From a virus, in IMG/VR virus record IMGVR_UViG_3300023213_000414: 38,885 bases of DNA, one strand, 5' to 3'. Under the pieces are notes generated by a model. It was given only the letters and a program-made list of their open reading frames with translations. It had not been told where the DNA came from and did no database searches. A program made the translations under genes and the position numbers. The number at the start of each line of letters is the position of its first letter. Position 1 is the first letter of the stretch. This document shows positions 8,513 to 18,375 of this stretch, one piece after another.

Positions 8513-9753
8513 TAAAAGCCCGCTTTCTTAGCAGCATCCTCACCGTACTTCGCAATCGCCGCCTTTTTAATAGCGGCCTTCCTATCAGGATTACTTTCCT
8601 TATCATAAGCCTGTTTAGCCAGCTGGGCTTTTTGGTCGGTAGGAGAGACGCTAGCTTCTGGTTCTTTAGCTGTTGTCTTGCCTTTTATCCCCAAATCCTG
8701 AGCCCCCTCAAATCCTTCACCAGCCCAAGAACCACTTTGTCTAACCTTGGCCTTTCTATAGGCATTCGCTAGACCAGTTATAGCAGATTTTTGATTAGGA
8801 AGCGCCCCACCGAGTAAAGTAGAAACCATATTATCATGCTGTTTCTGATATGAGCCGCCCATCTCATTTACTTCACCCTCAATTTGATGAATGAAATCTG
8901 GCGTAGCCGATTCTTTCGTTACACCACTTAATCGTTGTAAGAGATTGCTAAAGTCTCCCTCTACGGATTTATATATCCCACGCTCTCTTGAACCTTCAGC
9001 ACTTTGGGCAGCACCTATCTCAACTTTCGTTTTTTCATTGGAGATAGTGCTCATTAACTGTTGGGTAAGCTTGAAAGCATCGCCTTCTTTTCCTTTCGCC
9101 ACCAAATCTTTAACTCTGGCGATAGCTGTCAAAGCATTTTCAATCGGCTTTTGAGCCGAGAGATATTGTTGTTGTCCAGACCTGGTTTCAGTGGATGCCA
9201 GTCTTTGCTTCGATAAATCAAGTCTTTGACCCATCATTCCTAGCATCGCCGCCTTACTACTTAATTGTTCAAAAGTATTGGCAGTGAGTTTATTCCCAAA
9301 AAGCCCACGGAAACCCTCCATCGCCTTTTGAAAAGCTTCTGGATTTTTGCTTTTGATTCCAGTGAGGTTTTCATACAGGGAGTTCCAGTCGGCTTGCATC
9401 TTCTCATCATTCGCCGCTGCTACGAATTCGGCTCCGGATTGTGGAGTTAGAATACCGGCCTGGGTGTAATTCTCCTGCCACATCTTCCCCTTAATCTTCT
9501 TTAGCGGACTATCGGATGGAAGGGTGGCAAATTCATTGTAATCATCAACCATCTGTTGGCCGAGTTTGGCGTTGAATTGCCGTTTTATCTCTTGATGCTG
9601 AGCGATCTGTTCTTGCAAGGACTGCTTTTGTAAATCGAGAGACGCCATCGAATGAGCCCAATTGGCTCCGCTTGCTACACCCTGAGCCAATCCAGAGACG
9701 GCATCTGTCCTGGGGGTTCCGGCTGAGACTAGACTTGCAAAATCATCTGCCAT
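8512..9753 (-). CDS. Putative internal virion protein (413 aa)
   Basis: Gln/Ala/Lys-rich, helix-prone ORF with a TAATG junction to the downstream gene. Follows the 358-aa Gly/Ala/Gln-rich protein. Confidence 0.4.
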   Translation of the reverse strand: MADDFASLVSAGTPRTDAVSGLAQGVASGANWAHSMASLDLQKQSLQEQIAQHQEIKRQFNAKLGQQMVDDYNEFATLPSDSPLKKIKGKMWQENYTQAGILTPQSGAEFVAAANDEKMQADWNSLYENLTGIKSKNPEAFQKAMEGFRGLFGNKLTANTFEQLSSKAAMLGMMGQRLDLSKQRLASTETRSGQQQYLSAQKPIENALTAIARVKDLVAKGKEGDAFKLTQQLMSTISNEKTKVEIGAAQSAEGSRERGIYKSVEGDFSNLLQRLSGVTKESATPDFIHQIEGEVNEMGGSYQKQHDNMVSTLLGGALPNQKSAITGLANAYRKAKVRQSGSWAGEGFEGAQDLGIKGKTTAKEPEASVSPTDQKAQLAKQAYDKESNPDRKAAIKKAAIAKYGEDAAKKAGF

Positions 9754-9754
9754 T

Positions 9755-10831
9755 TCACACCGTAGCCTGTCTTGAGGTTGGAATATTCTGAGGTAATGAT
9801 GTGATTAAACTTGCCCCAAAGTTTCCTGTATATCCACTTGGATTATAGGCCCCGGTTTGCATGTTTCCTGCCCCAAAACCCCCAGCCCATGGGCCAATTT
9901 GGGTTGTAGTAGGACCAATTCCTGGTGTACTTGTCATTGTATTTGCCCCAATCGCATATCCAGCAAGCTGTCCTGCCCCAGCCGCAGTCTCGGCTAATCC
10001 TTTTCCAAAAGCTGCCTGTCCAGCGAAAGGTCCACCAGCAGTATTCACTACATTTCCCTGGGCACCTACAACTCCAAATGGGTTTAATGGATTGGCGGAC
10101 ATTGCCCCGATAGTAGCCTGGGTTTCACGATTAGCTGCTTGTTGAAATCCGCTCAAGGCTTCATTGGAGGCGAGGAGATTTTGCCCAAAGGCTTGGATAG
10201 TTTGACCGGTGATATTAGCTTGCCCAGTTTGTTCAAGGCCGGCCAAACCTGCATATTGTTGACCAACTGTTTGAATCGCATTCATCTGAGCGGAATTCAA
10301 AGTCAGGGCAGAATTGTTATCGAATTTGGTCATTGCTTCGATGCCAGCGGAGGAAGTCATCCATCCGGGACCCATTTGAGAAGCAAGATTACTCACCATC
10401 TCTTGGCGTTGATAATTCAGTTGGGTTTGAAGTGGCTTCAGAATTGCTGCTGATTGTCCGATAAGTAAATCGTATAGATTTTTTCCGGCAGCTTTCACTT
10501 GAGGATCAAGGGCATTCAAGGAATCTTGTGCCTTTTGAATACTCGAAAGATTCGCCGTCAGGGCTTGTTCTTGAGTAGAGAAGATCTTATTAATCGATTG
10601 GATTTCGCCAGGTGAAATAGCGGAGACACGTTGGGCTTCTGCGATCCCTTGGGTCCTTGCTTGGATCTGCTGCTGAAGGGCAGTCTGGGCTAACTGAACC
10701 TGCTGTTGAGCGGCCGTAAGCTGGGCCTGTCCGGCTTTCCCTGCCGCCGAAGAAGAAATGATATCCCCGGCAACATTTCCCGCCACCGCTGCCCCACCCA
10801 GGATTAACGCTCCAGTTGTCCCTATCGACAT
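9755..10831 (-). CDS. Gly/Ala/Gln-rich virion protein (358 aa), putative internal virion protein
   Basis: Low-complexity N-terminal coiled-coil-like region (QQQVQLAQTALQQQIQ) and a Gly-rich C-terminus. Lies in the structural operon. Confidence 0.4.
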   Translation of the reverse strand: MSIGTTGALILGGAAVAGNVAGDIISSSAAGKAGQAQLTAAQQQVQLAQTALQQQIQARTQGIAEAQRVSAISPGEIQSINKIFSTQEQALTANLSSIQKAQDSLNALDPQVKAAGKNLYDLLIGQSAAILKPLQTQLNYQRQEMVSNLASQMGPGWMTSSAGIEAMTKFDNNSALTLNSAQMNAIQTVGQQYAGLAGLEQTGQANITGQTIQAFGQNLLASNEALSGFQQAANRETQATIGAMSANPLNPFGVVGAQGNVVNTAGGPFAGQAAFGKGLAETAAGAGQLAGYAIGANTMTSTPGIGPTTTQIGPWAGGFGAGNMQTGAYNPSGYTGNFGASLITSLPQNIPTSRQATV

Positions 10832-10833
10832 TT

Positions 10834-11232
10834 CTACTCCTGGAATCTTAAGACACAGTTTGTCATATTATGCTCTGTCACTTTGAACCCATTCTTAACA
10901 TATAGCCTGATAAGACCATTGGATTTTAGAGAAGAAAACAGGGCTTTCACATTGAAAAGTTTAGCCTCTTGAATCAAGCGCCCCAGTAGTAATTCTACCC
11001 CGACCTTCCTGTCCTTTCTAGGCGCTTCAGGATTTACGACAACGAACTCGATTAAGCCCCAATATTTCGTCATTAGATAGAGCCAGCCAGCGCACAGTTC
11101 ATGTTTTTCAGTATGGGCTATCATCCCAAACTCAGAAAGGGCATCTTGAGGCACTGGGGGCCAGCCATGGGCCTTCCACCATGCCTCTAACATCGGGTAG
11201 TCTTCTTGTTTTATCATCCTCAAATGAATCAT
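10834..11232 (-). CDS. GNAT-family N-acetyltransferase
   Basis: 132 aa. Start pattern IRMIKQEDYPMLEAWW, acetyl-CoA-loop-like RKDRKVGVELLLGRLIQEAK, and C-terminal LYVKNGF. Confidence 0.65.
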   Translation of the reverse strand: MIHLRMIKQEDYPMLEAWWKAHGWPPVPQDALSEFGMIAHTEKHELCAGWLYLMTKYWGLIEFVVVNPEAPRKDRKVGVELLLGRLIQEAKLFNVKALFSSLKSNGLIRLYVKNGFKVTEHNMTNCVLRFQE

Positions 11233-11846
11233 TGCGTCACTGGCAGAAAGAAAACCTTCACAAGCCTTCCCGTTTCTATCGAATCTCCGAAGGCTTGCAT
11301 AGGATATCTAGAATGATATCTGGGGGACCAGAAGAGGATAAGCCTGTTGAATTTCATTGGGATCATTTCTGTCATTTCCCACTTACTCTCATCAAATCCG
11401 TCCTGATAGACAGAGCCCCAAAGCTCTTTTGTGTCTTTCAATCCTCGCTTAGCAAGTCCATTACTATCTTCATGATGAGAAAACCCATGAACACGATGCC
11501 GCCAAAAAGCAGTGCCACCTTTGCAATGCTCAGGAAGATTAAGAAATAAAATCCCGGTAAAGGTTCCGATGAGAACATCACTATGGATAAAGGTCTCATT
11601 CTTTTCATTCGCAAGGTATCTGCGGTACATCACGGTTGGATTATGGAATTTGAGACCTAAATGATGTTCAATTCTTTTTACGTTGCTCTGCTCATTCAAG
11701 AGAGAGATGCCACGATACTTCACGCCATTATGATCGATCGTTCGATAGGTTGATTTCAAAGCACGCTGACGTTCGTTTAACGGATTGGCTAGGAAGTTAT
11801 CGATCTTGTAGATGAAGTCTCGATAAGCATAATCTTCATATTTCAC
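11229..11846 (-). CDS. 2OG-Fe(II) oxygenase superfamily-like protein
   Basis: HxD (FIHSD) followed by a distal His/Arg region (NRLILFWSPRYHSR). Size and spacing fit the double-stranded beta-helix oxygenase fold. ATGA overlap with the GNAT gene. Confidence 0.45.
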   Translation of the reverse strand: MKYEDYAYRDFIYKIDNFLANPLNERQRALKSTYRTIDHNGVKYRGISLLNEQSNVKRIEHHLGLKFHNPTVMYRRYLANEKNETFIHSDVLIGTFTGILFLNLPEHCKGGTAFWRHRVHGFSHHEDSNGLAKRGLKDTKELWGSVYQDGFDESKWEMTEMIPMKFNRLILFWSPRYHSRYPMQAFGDSIETGRLVKVFFLPVTQ

Positions 11847-11883
11847 GCAAATTTACTCCGTCCTTACGTGATAAAATGAAAGT

Positions 11884-12342
11884 ATGAAAAAAGCTATTGT
11901 AATAGCTATCTTCATTTTTTCGGGGTGCGGTGGAATGAATCAAATAGATTCCGAATTCATAGCATTTACCAGTGAATTCGAAAACCTTCTTACCCAAAAC
12001 AGAGTAAGAGATAGAATGGAAAACCTCATAATGAGATTCGCATCGGATGCTGAACTGACGGATGAGCAATCCGGAAGATGCATCAGGAAACACGGATTCG
12101 GAAGAAACTTGATCCTGATGAATAAAAACATCTGGAGCACTAAATCTGAGTTCTCCAGAAAAATGGTGATTTTTCACGAGCTAGGTCACTGTGTCTTGGG
12201 ACGAAAGCATAATGAAGAAATGATCAAAGAGGATAATTGGGACATTCCAGTGAGTATTATGTATCCGATTACGGATGGACTTCGGCCTGATAAAGTCTCT
12301 GGGTATGAGTCAGAGTTAATTAAGTTTTCTGAGAAATTTTAA
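11884..12342 (+). CDS. Lipoprotein mini-metzincin-like zinc metalloprotease
   Basis: Signal with lipobox-like MKKAIVIAIFIFSGC. HELGHCVLGRKH is HExxH plus a third His, one residue longer than the metzincin consensus. Met-turn-like SIMYP. It is the only plus-strand gene inside the late block. Confidence 0.65.
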   Translation: MKKAIVIAIFIFSGCGGMNQIDSEFIAFTSEFENLLTQNRVRDRMENLIMRFASDAELTDEQSGRCIRKHGFGRNLILMNKNIWSTKSEFSRKMVIFHELGHCVLGRKHNEEMIKEDNWDIPVSIMYPITDGLRPDKVSGYESELIKFSEKF

Positions 12343-14327
12343 TTTCCCCTTTGTCCAATTGCAATAATCGAAAAATCGAAATCCGCCCCTACCCCAATAT
12401 TATTGGTAAAAATATTAACACTTCCAACTGCGGCCGAAAATGATCCAGCGATTGCTTGAGAATTTTGAGCAATTCCAGGTATGACTATTGGCACATCCGC
12501 GAACGCTACTGTGAAATTTACAGTATAAGAGCCTGCCGAAGCCCTTGTGGCGGTTGCCCCTTCTCCGGCCGTCAACACCATTGATGCGCCATTATAATGG
12601 AATGTCGCTCTGATTATTTTTAATCCTGATCCGCCAGTGGAAGCAGATATTACAGCCGGATAAACAGAATTTACTCCGCCAACGTCATAAACTCCTAATG
12701 TTTTAGGCCCAAGACTTCCCGTTAAAGCTGCCGCCGCCAAAGTATTCGGATAAAAAAGACCATTGGCACCTCCAGACGAAGCGAGGCCACTACCACCAGC
12801 ATTGGTTAATTTGGTTCCTCCTGACCCTCCTCCGACGGTCAGACTGTTGACTATCAAATCTATCAATTGGCCTATAATAGTCGATCCTCTTCCGGGAAGA
12901 GTTAGTTGATGATAATCGACGATGGAAACTGAAGAAGAAGTAATTAAACTCCCACCGTCTGTAGAAAATGATCCTACACACCTCCAAGGCTTTGCAGGAT
13001 GATATTGACCGAGTAGATCGTATTTTCTTTCATATGGAGCAATGAAGCTCGTTTTGATATCTCCGGTATTGGTGACGTAAGTGTAATACTGTGTAGAAGC
13101 AAGCAAGCTTGTTCCCGTATCTAGGGTTGTGGATACATTCCAAATAGCCTGAGTGAGCTGAAATGGAAAAGTAACACCGTAAACAGAAACCTGTTGGTTT
13201 ACCCTTGTTTGCCTAACTTGAGTGGTAGATAGAAATTCAATCTCGATCGTATTGAGTAAATTAAAAGGCTTGAAGAAATCAAAGCTTCTAGCTGCTACGA
13301 CATTACTCGTATCGATAATACAGAATCCCAAAGGAACCGCATTCGTGGCAGCAAAGCTCACTCCGTTATATTTTTTCCAAGTTGTATTTACAACGTCATA
13401 CCAGTAATCCCCAACGGATGGGGTCGATGGTTGAACTACAGATACGGTGGGTTTGTTGTAAGTAACATCAAGCCCCGGAGTGTTAGAATTGAAAGTGGCG
13501 AAGATCCACGCCAGATTCATCAATGTTACGGTGTCGCCATTTGAAACCGTACTTCTAGCTATCCAGTTATCGCTTTGATCAAATCCTGCCCCACGAATAG
13601 CATTTTTCAACCTGTTGTTAGTAGTATCAACCTCTGCTACGAAATATTCAGAACCGTGCTTGAAAGCAGCATATGTTCCGTTCCTAGCTGTTATGTTGGC
13701 GCCGATCGTATTGATGTTTAAAAAGGTTCCGAATTCTCCTTGAGTCTGACTGCTTTGTTGTCCTGTTAAAGAAGCGTCATTTACTATGGCGGTATTTCCA
13801 GCCCCCGGAGCCACGGTAAGTCCAGACAGCGTAATGTCTGCTACGTAATTTCTCTGGGTTCCGTTAATGAAAGCGATGAAATTAGTCACGGTCGCTTTCA
13901 GAGTAACTGAATCAGCAACTCCAGAAGCCACCAAGAACATCGGCTGTCCGTTAGCATCAACTCTTCCGGAAATAATCCTGGTTGTTGGAACGGTAAATAA
14001 AGACTGAAGCTGGCTTGTGATAGCGGCTATAGATTGCGCTGGTGCTTGATACCAAAAAGAATTACCAGTAATAGAAGCGAGTACGAATCTCAACTGTTGG
14101 ATATCTTGCTGATTCGTTAAAGCAAGAACTTCAGTTCCTAATCCACCGGGAGATAACTGAGCCTGCATTGCCGCAACGGTAGGAGCAGATCCATTTGTTG
14201 AATTAGCAGAACTGAGCGTATCAGAGCCTGCTTTCTGGAGGATGTTGTTCAGCTCAGCATTGAGATCAGTATTGTTGAAGTTCTCGTATCCAAGCCAATT
14301 CTTAAGCCTCGCAAACATGAAACTCAC
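12339..14327 (-). CDS. Tail fibre / receptor-binding protein (662 aa)
   Basis: The N-terminal NNTDLNAELNNI motif is common in podovirus fibre N-domains. Long Ser/Thr/Asn/Gly-rich beta-type body. Position after the tail-body genes. Confidence 0.6.
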   Translation of the reverse strand: MSFMFARLKNWLGYENFNNTDLNAELNNILQKAGSDTLSSANSTNGSAPTVAAMQAQLSPGGLGTEVLALTNQQDIQQLRFVLASITGNSFWYQAPAQSIAAITSQLQSLFTVPTTRIISGRVDANGQPMFLVASGVADSVTLKATVTNFIAFINGTQRNYVADITLSGLTVAPGAGNTAIVNDASLTGQQSSQTQGEFGTFLNINTIGANITARNGTYAAFKHGSEYFVAEVDTTNNRLKNAIRGAGFDQSDNWIARSTVSNGDTVTLMNLAWIFATFNSNTPGLDVTYNKPTVSVVQPSTPSVGDYWYDVVNTTWKKYNGVSFAATNAVPLGFCIIDTSNVVAARSFDFFKPFNLLNTIEIEFLSTTQVRQTRVNQQVSVYGVTFPFQLTQAIWNVSTTLDTGTSLLASTQYYTYVTNTGDIKTSFIAPYERKYDLLGQYHPAKPWRCVGSFSTDGGSLITSSSVSIVDYHQLTLPGRGSTIIGQLIDLIVNSLTVGGGSGGTKLTNAGGSGLASSGGANGLFYPNTLAAAALTGSLGPKTLGVYDVGGVNSVYPAVISASTGGSGLKIIRATFHYNGASMVLTAGEGATATRASAGSYTVNFTVAFADVPIVIPGIAQNSQAIAGSFSAAVGSVNIFTNNIGVGADFDFSIIAIGQRGN

Positions 14328-15985
14328 GATAAACCTCCCACCGTCTGAGATTGAGCTGCAAGCCTGTAATAAATATAAGCCCTAACAAGCCGAACATCTT
14401 GACCTAACCCGCCATTATAGAAACGCAAAGAAATAGTCCTTCCTTTGCCGTAAATCCTTTGTCTTCTATAGAATCCACCCAATCCATCTATCCTACTTGC
14501 ATTCAACGGCATTTCATTCAAAGAACTTCTGGCTGAAAGATTGAAAGTATAAGTTTTCTGAAATCTTTGATCGATGAAAACATCCATCGAAACATCCCAG
14601 TCACCAGTAGGTTCATACTCTATTTCTATAAACTCATATTCCTTTTCCTGTGAAGCCTGAGAAGCATCGATATTACTGAAATTCATGAAAGGAGTCTGAC
14701 AATCAAATAAGTAAGCGGACTGCTTGGTTGTATCTGTGGCACTCCCGACCCATCTATCAGCAACATCCATTTCATAAAAATTGCCATCAGAGCTACCATA
14801 GAATGGCTTAGGTATTTTCTGAGCATTCCTCACCAGAAATAGACAGTTGGGCTTGTCCTTATTGATCCACGCTATTCTTGGAATCTTCTGTGGATTCTTG
14901 AAATCGATAACTGCGATACGATCCGATGAATTCCCGACATTACTCTGAAAGGTACAAAGAATTTGTTGCTTCTTAGAATAATAAACCATGCTGCGAATCT
15001 TGACCACATCAGGCCTAACCTCAGACTCCGAAAAACGGAAACAACCTTGAGTGTGAAAAATATCACTTGCAATGGTGTCGCCAAAAACAAGAGCAGCGAG
15101 AAGAGAAGTAAAGCTTCCATAATTATTAGCAACAATAAGATCATTCAATGCTACGGTCGCCGACTGAGGCGAGCACGCCCCAAAGTCATCTGAGTGTTTC
15201 GTGAAGAACCAGTTTGCTCGATTCGAATCAGTATCCACCAGATAATAGAGGCCCAAAGGATACTTGAACACATAAAGCCTGCCACGAAAAACACAACCGC
15301 AGACGATGCCATCATATTCCCCAGGATAAATATTGTAAGAGAACGCGGCCCCTATTGTTTGGAAGTCTTCATGATTCGTAACAGAACTAGCATAAACAGC
15401 GTGAGGATTACCTGTGTTTCCCCATGCATACATGGCTCCTTTGTGAATCACTCCACCAAAAGGCTGCGATGTTCCGGTCCAATCGGCTGCCGGCATAGAA
15501 ATATTGTGCCTTAGTGCCGTATCTCCACTAATGACCTGAGGAATATCATATCCATCGAAAACAAAAAGCTTCTTCGGATTATTTACCAGCTCGTTTCCAC
15601 CAACAACCATAGCGTTGTAATTGTTAGTATTAAGAGCGGTAGGAGCTCCCACATCTGGTGTGATTGGTGTTTGGGTGAAATAGTTTGGAAATTTAAAAAT
15701 CTGTCCATTTGAACAAAGGGCGAAGAGTCTCTGATTTTGAGATTGGGAATCGGGGTACATCTCCTGGGCTCTGACGATAGGCGCAGGGCAAGGGATACTA
15801 TTCCAGATTCGAGATCCATAATCTTTCTCCAGTATTTGATTGTAGTAGGTAACATTATTAGCACGGATCAGGGCTGTTGCCGGGATATTCGATTGAGCAG
15901 CATCAGTAAAAAGCCCAGATTGGCCGATGTTTATCGTGGCGATTAATCCGTTATATCCAGCTATGTTTGGATTCCCGGAAATCAT
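14324..15985 (-). CDS. Tail structural protein (nozzle/tubular B-like), 553 aa
   Basis: Large ORF between the adaptor-like gene and the fibre. I prefer the ATG at 15985, which forms an ATGA overlap with the upstream stop; the track start at 16003 is also possible. Confidence 0.45.
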   Translation of the reverse strand: MISGNPNIAGYNGLIATINIGQSGLFTDAAQSNIPATALIRANNVTYYNQILEKDYGSRIWNSIPCPAPIVRAQEMYPDSQSQNQRLFALCSNGQIFKFPNYFTQTPITPDVGAPTALNTNNYNAMVVGGNELVNNPKKLFVFDGYDIPQVISGDTALRHNISMPAADWTGTSQPFGGVIHKGAMYAWGNTGNPHAVYASSVTNHEDFQTIGAAFSYNIYPGEYDGIVCGCVFRGRLYVFKYPLGLYYLVDTDSNRANWFFTKHSDDFGACSPQSATVALNDLIVANNYGSFTSLLAALVFGDTIASDIFHTQGCFRFSESEVRPDVVKIRSMVYYSKKQQILCTFQSNVGNSSDRIAVIDFKNPQKIPRIAWINKDKPNCLFLVRNAQKIPKPFYGSSDGNFYEMDVADRWVGSATDTTKQSAYLFDCQTPFMNFSNIDASQASQEKEYEFIEIEYEPTGDWDVSMDVFIDQRFQKTYTFNLSARSSLNEMPLNASRIDGLGGFYRRQRIYGKGRTISLRFYNGGLGQDVRLVRAYIYYRLAAQSQTVGGLS

Positions 15986-16965
15986 CTTTGTTGGATGAGC
16001 CAATAAGGAATGGCTGTATCATCAAGACGCGGGATCAACTGGCCGAACATCTTTCCAAGCTTCTGCTGTCCTTGGTTAGCCATCTTCATGGCAAGGATTC
16101 TTTGACCGGCAAGGACACGAAAGTTCTCAGCGTCAGCTGGCTGTTTCTTATCCAGATACATATAATACCCAGCCATCAACTCCAGAACATCCCTATCTTC
16201 AAATGGGACGAGCGGAATCGAATTCGAATCATCAGTCAGGAGCGGTTGAGTAGAAATGAAATCGTAGTCAACCCTGATCGCAGTCGAGACGTACTTATTG
16301 AATCTCAAGACTGTGTTGCTGTCTGAGTAGCTAACGATGGTGAATCGGCTGGGAATGTCGTTAAGTAAAAGCTCAAGGGGCCACTTCTCCCAGAACACGT
16401 TGTAATCCATGTAATAGATCCTGCCCATATCCTGTGGCAGCTCACCAAATTCCAAGACACGTGTGTTGTATTGACGTAGTGGATCTGCAAGACGAAGTAT
16501 TCCTTTGTTAAGATTCACTGTGAGTGGGATGGCGTTAAAACCATACGTTCCAGATGGCTCAACGAATCCAAAATCCAAAGTAAATGCCATAGTGGCGGCC
16601 GTGTGAGTCGCAATCGTGTAATACGAAATAGTCTGGGAATTACTTGGGTTAGTGACAACGAAGTTATACCCTTGAAGGCTAATCGGTGGGGCGATGGAGA
16701 ATGTTCCGTTGACACTTCCCTTAGTAACCGTAGCCGCACCAGTTGTGTAATTAGGAAGAAATAAAAACGAAGCGGTCTGTCTCGCCCAAGGCCAAACCTC
16801 TCTTACTTCTGGGGAGAATATGGAATTACCCTTCAGGATATCTGAATATCCACGGTTTACGTATTTGATAGCGAGAGAGTGAAGCGGAGAGGTTCCGTCG
16901 GTTAATTCACCAACACGCTGAAGAGTTCCCTTTATGATATCTGAAGTGGAATATGTGTTGGCCAT
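15982..16965 (-). CDS. Tail structural protein (327 aa), adaptor/tubular A-like by position
   Basis: ORF in the structural operon. No recognisable motif, so the call rests on position only. Confidence 0.4.
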   Translation of the reverse strand: MANTYSTSDIIKGTLQRVGELTDGTSPLHSLAIKYVNRGYSDILKGNSIFSPEVREVWPWARQTASFLFLPNYTTGAATVTKGSVNGTFSIAPPISLQGYNFVVTNPSNSQTISYYTIATHTAATMAFTLDFGFVEPSGTYGFNAIPLTVNLNKGILRLADPLRQYNTRVLEFGELPQDMGRIYYMDYNVFWEKWPLELLLNDIPSRFTIVSYSDSNTVLRFNKYVSTAIRVDYDFISTQPLLTDDSNSIPLVPFEDRDVLELMAGYYMYLDKKQPADAENFRVLAGQRILAMKMANQGQQKLGKMFGQLIPRLDDTAIPYWLIQQR

Positions 16966-16974
16966 ATTTCATAC

Positions 16975-17712
16975 TCACACAAGAGAGTAATAAGCACCAA
17001 ACTGATTACTTGCATTAGGGGTGCTGAAGTAAGGGATTAATCCTTGTCCGCCCTCAAGTAAGAATGGTTTAGAATCAGGGAAACTTAGTTGAACATACGC
17101 ATTATTCGGAACGTTTTCTACCAGTTCCAAAACCCCAGCAAGCCATCTGAAATTGGCTGAAACTGGACCCGCCGGAGCTGTGGTGCTCTGAACGAAAATT
17201 GTATATTGGTTTTGATTTAATTGGGCAGGACCACCCTTAACCCAATCCGTAGGCGGCTGAAAAACAATCCAAGTATCGCCCGTTGCGGAATAATCAACTG
17301 GAACTTCCAGGGTGGGAAGCGTAACTAGAGATGTTCCATTCCAATACTTGTAAACAAAAGTTCCTCCAGCGGCTGCTGTTGATATTGTTAATCCAAGCAT
17401 TCCAAATTGAGAATTCGCCTGAGCGTAGAATCCATCATTATTGGCTCCGCTGAAAATGACCGATGCTGTTCCGGTATTTAAAGCAGGCGTCAAATCTGTA
17501 TAAACTGGACCAACGTTTACGAATTGCCAAATTCTAGTTTGTGCATTGATAAAAAGTTGGAGAATTCCAACGTTCTGAACTCCACCAGAGTTGTTGAACG
17601 ATCTGGCGTTATAAACATTTACCTGGTTGGCAGAAGGAACTGGAAATGCCGACAATTTCCCTTTGGTCGGGTAGGCCACCAAAGAGGGCTTAGGTGAGCT
17701 TCTGATCGACAT
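16975..17712 (-). CDS. Hypothetical structural protein (245 aa)
   Basis: ATG at 17712 preceded by GGAAAGAGG. Overlaps the upstream gene by 23 nt. Confidence 0.45.
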   Translation of the reverse strand: MSIRSSPKPSLVAYPTKGKLSAFPVPSANQVNVYNARSFNNSGGVQNVGILQLFINAQTRIWQFVNVGPVYTDLTPALNTGTASVIFSGANNDGFYAQANSQFGMLGLTISTAAAGGTFVYKYWNGTSLVTLPTLEVPVDYSATGDTWIVFQPPTDWVKGGPAQLNQNQYTIFVQSTTAPAGPVSANFRWLAGVLELVENVPNNAYVQLSFPDSKPFLLEGGQGLIPYFSTPNASNQFGAYYSLV

Positions 17713-18037
17713 TCGCCTCTTTCCTTTCTACCCGTTGAGGCTGCCCGGCGGCGATAGAACCAATTAATTTTCCGTTCTCGTTATAACGTCTCTCGGTGCC
17801 GTTCTCATCTTTTCTGATGTAATAGACACCATCGTTACCATCAACTACTCGTCTATATGGTTGATATTTCAAAAGCTGGCCAGTCTTTGGTTCTACAATA
17901 TGTGTTCTAAGATCAAAGCCATTTCCTGGCCATTCAAGAGTCTTTTCTATATGTTCCTTCATATTTTCTGGAACATCAGACCACTTAAATTGAAGGCCTT
18001 CTCTAAGTTCTATCTTTTTGGAATTCGCTTCAAACAT
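17690..18037 (-). CDS. Hypothetical protein (115 aa)
   Basis: ORF in the head-tail joining region of the late operon. Confidence 0.45.
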   Translation of the reverse strand: MFEANSKKIELREGLQFKWSDVPENMKEHIEKTLEWPGNGFDLRTHIVEPKTGQLLKYQPYRRVVDGNDGVYYIRKDENGTERRYNENGKLIGSIAAGQPQRVERKEANVDQKLT

Positions 18038-18038
18038 T

Positions 18039-18362
18039 TCACCATCCTATTGCCTGAATTACTAGACTAACCGTTTGTGCTCCAGATGCTTCTACATCAG
18101 CAACGGTACCCCCATCAGGATAGATACGAATCGTCTGGTTCGCGCTATCCCATTTATATTGAGTGGCATTGGCGGGTGTTCCGGAGATCACGATCAAAGA
18201 CTCAACTACAGTAGTAAATCCGAATAAAGAAGCCGGGGCCGCTAAACCATTAGAATAAGCCTGTGCTGTATAGGCAATGGTTCCAATCGCTACTTTCCTT
18301 CTGCCGCTTTCGCCAAACCCAACAGCAGGATAAGCAAAAGTACTGGTAAAAGTAGAAGCCAT
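18039..18362 (-). CDS. Hypothetical small structural protein (107 aa), possible decoration/connector protein
   Basis: Beta-rich ORF downstream of the capsid gene. Positional inference only. Confidence 0.4.
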   Translation of the reverse strand: MASTFTSTFAYPAVGFGESGRRKVAIGTIAYTAQAYSNGLAAPASLFGFTTVVESLIVISGTPANATQYKWDSANQTIRIYPDGGTVADVEASGAQTVSLVIQAIGW

Positions 18363-18375
18363 TGACCCGCCTTTC

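Noticed and set aside
11836-12177. Minus-strand 113-aa ORF that would continue the late operon through the island.
   Set aside because: It lies antisense to the plus-strand ORF, which has a lipoprotein signal, HELGH and a Met-turn. The minus-frame product has no recognisable features and an antisense-like composition.
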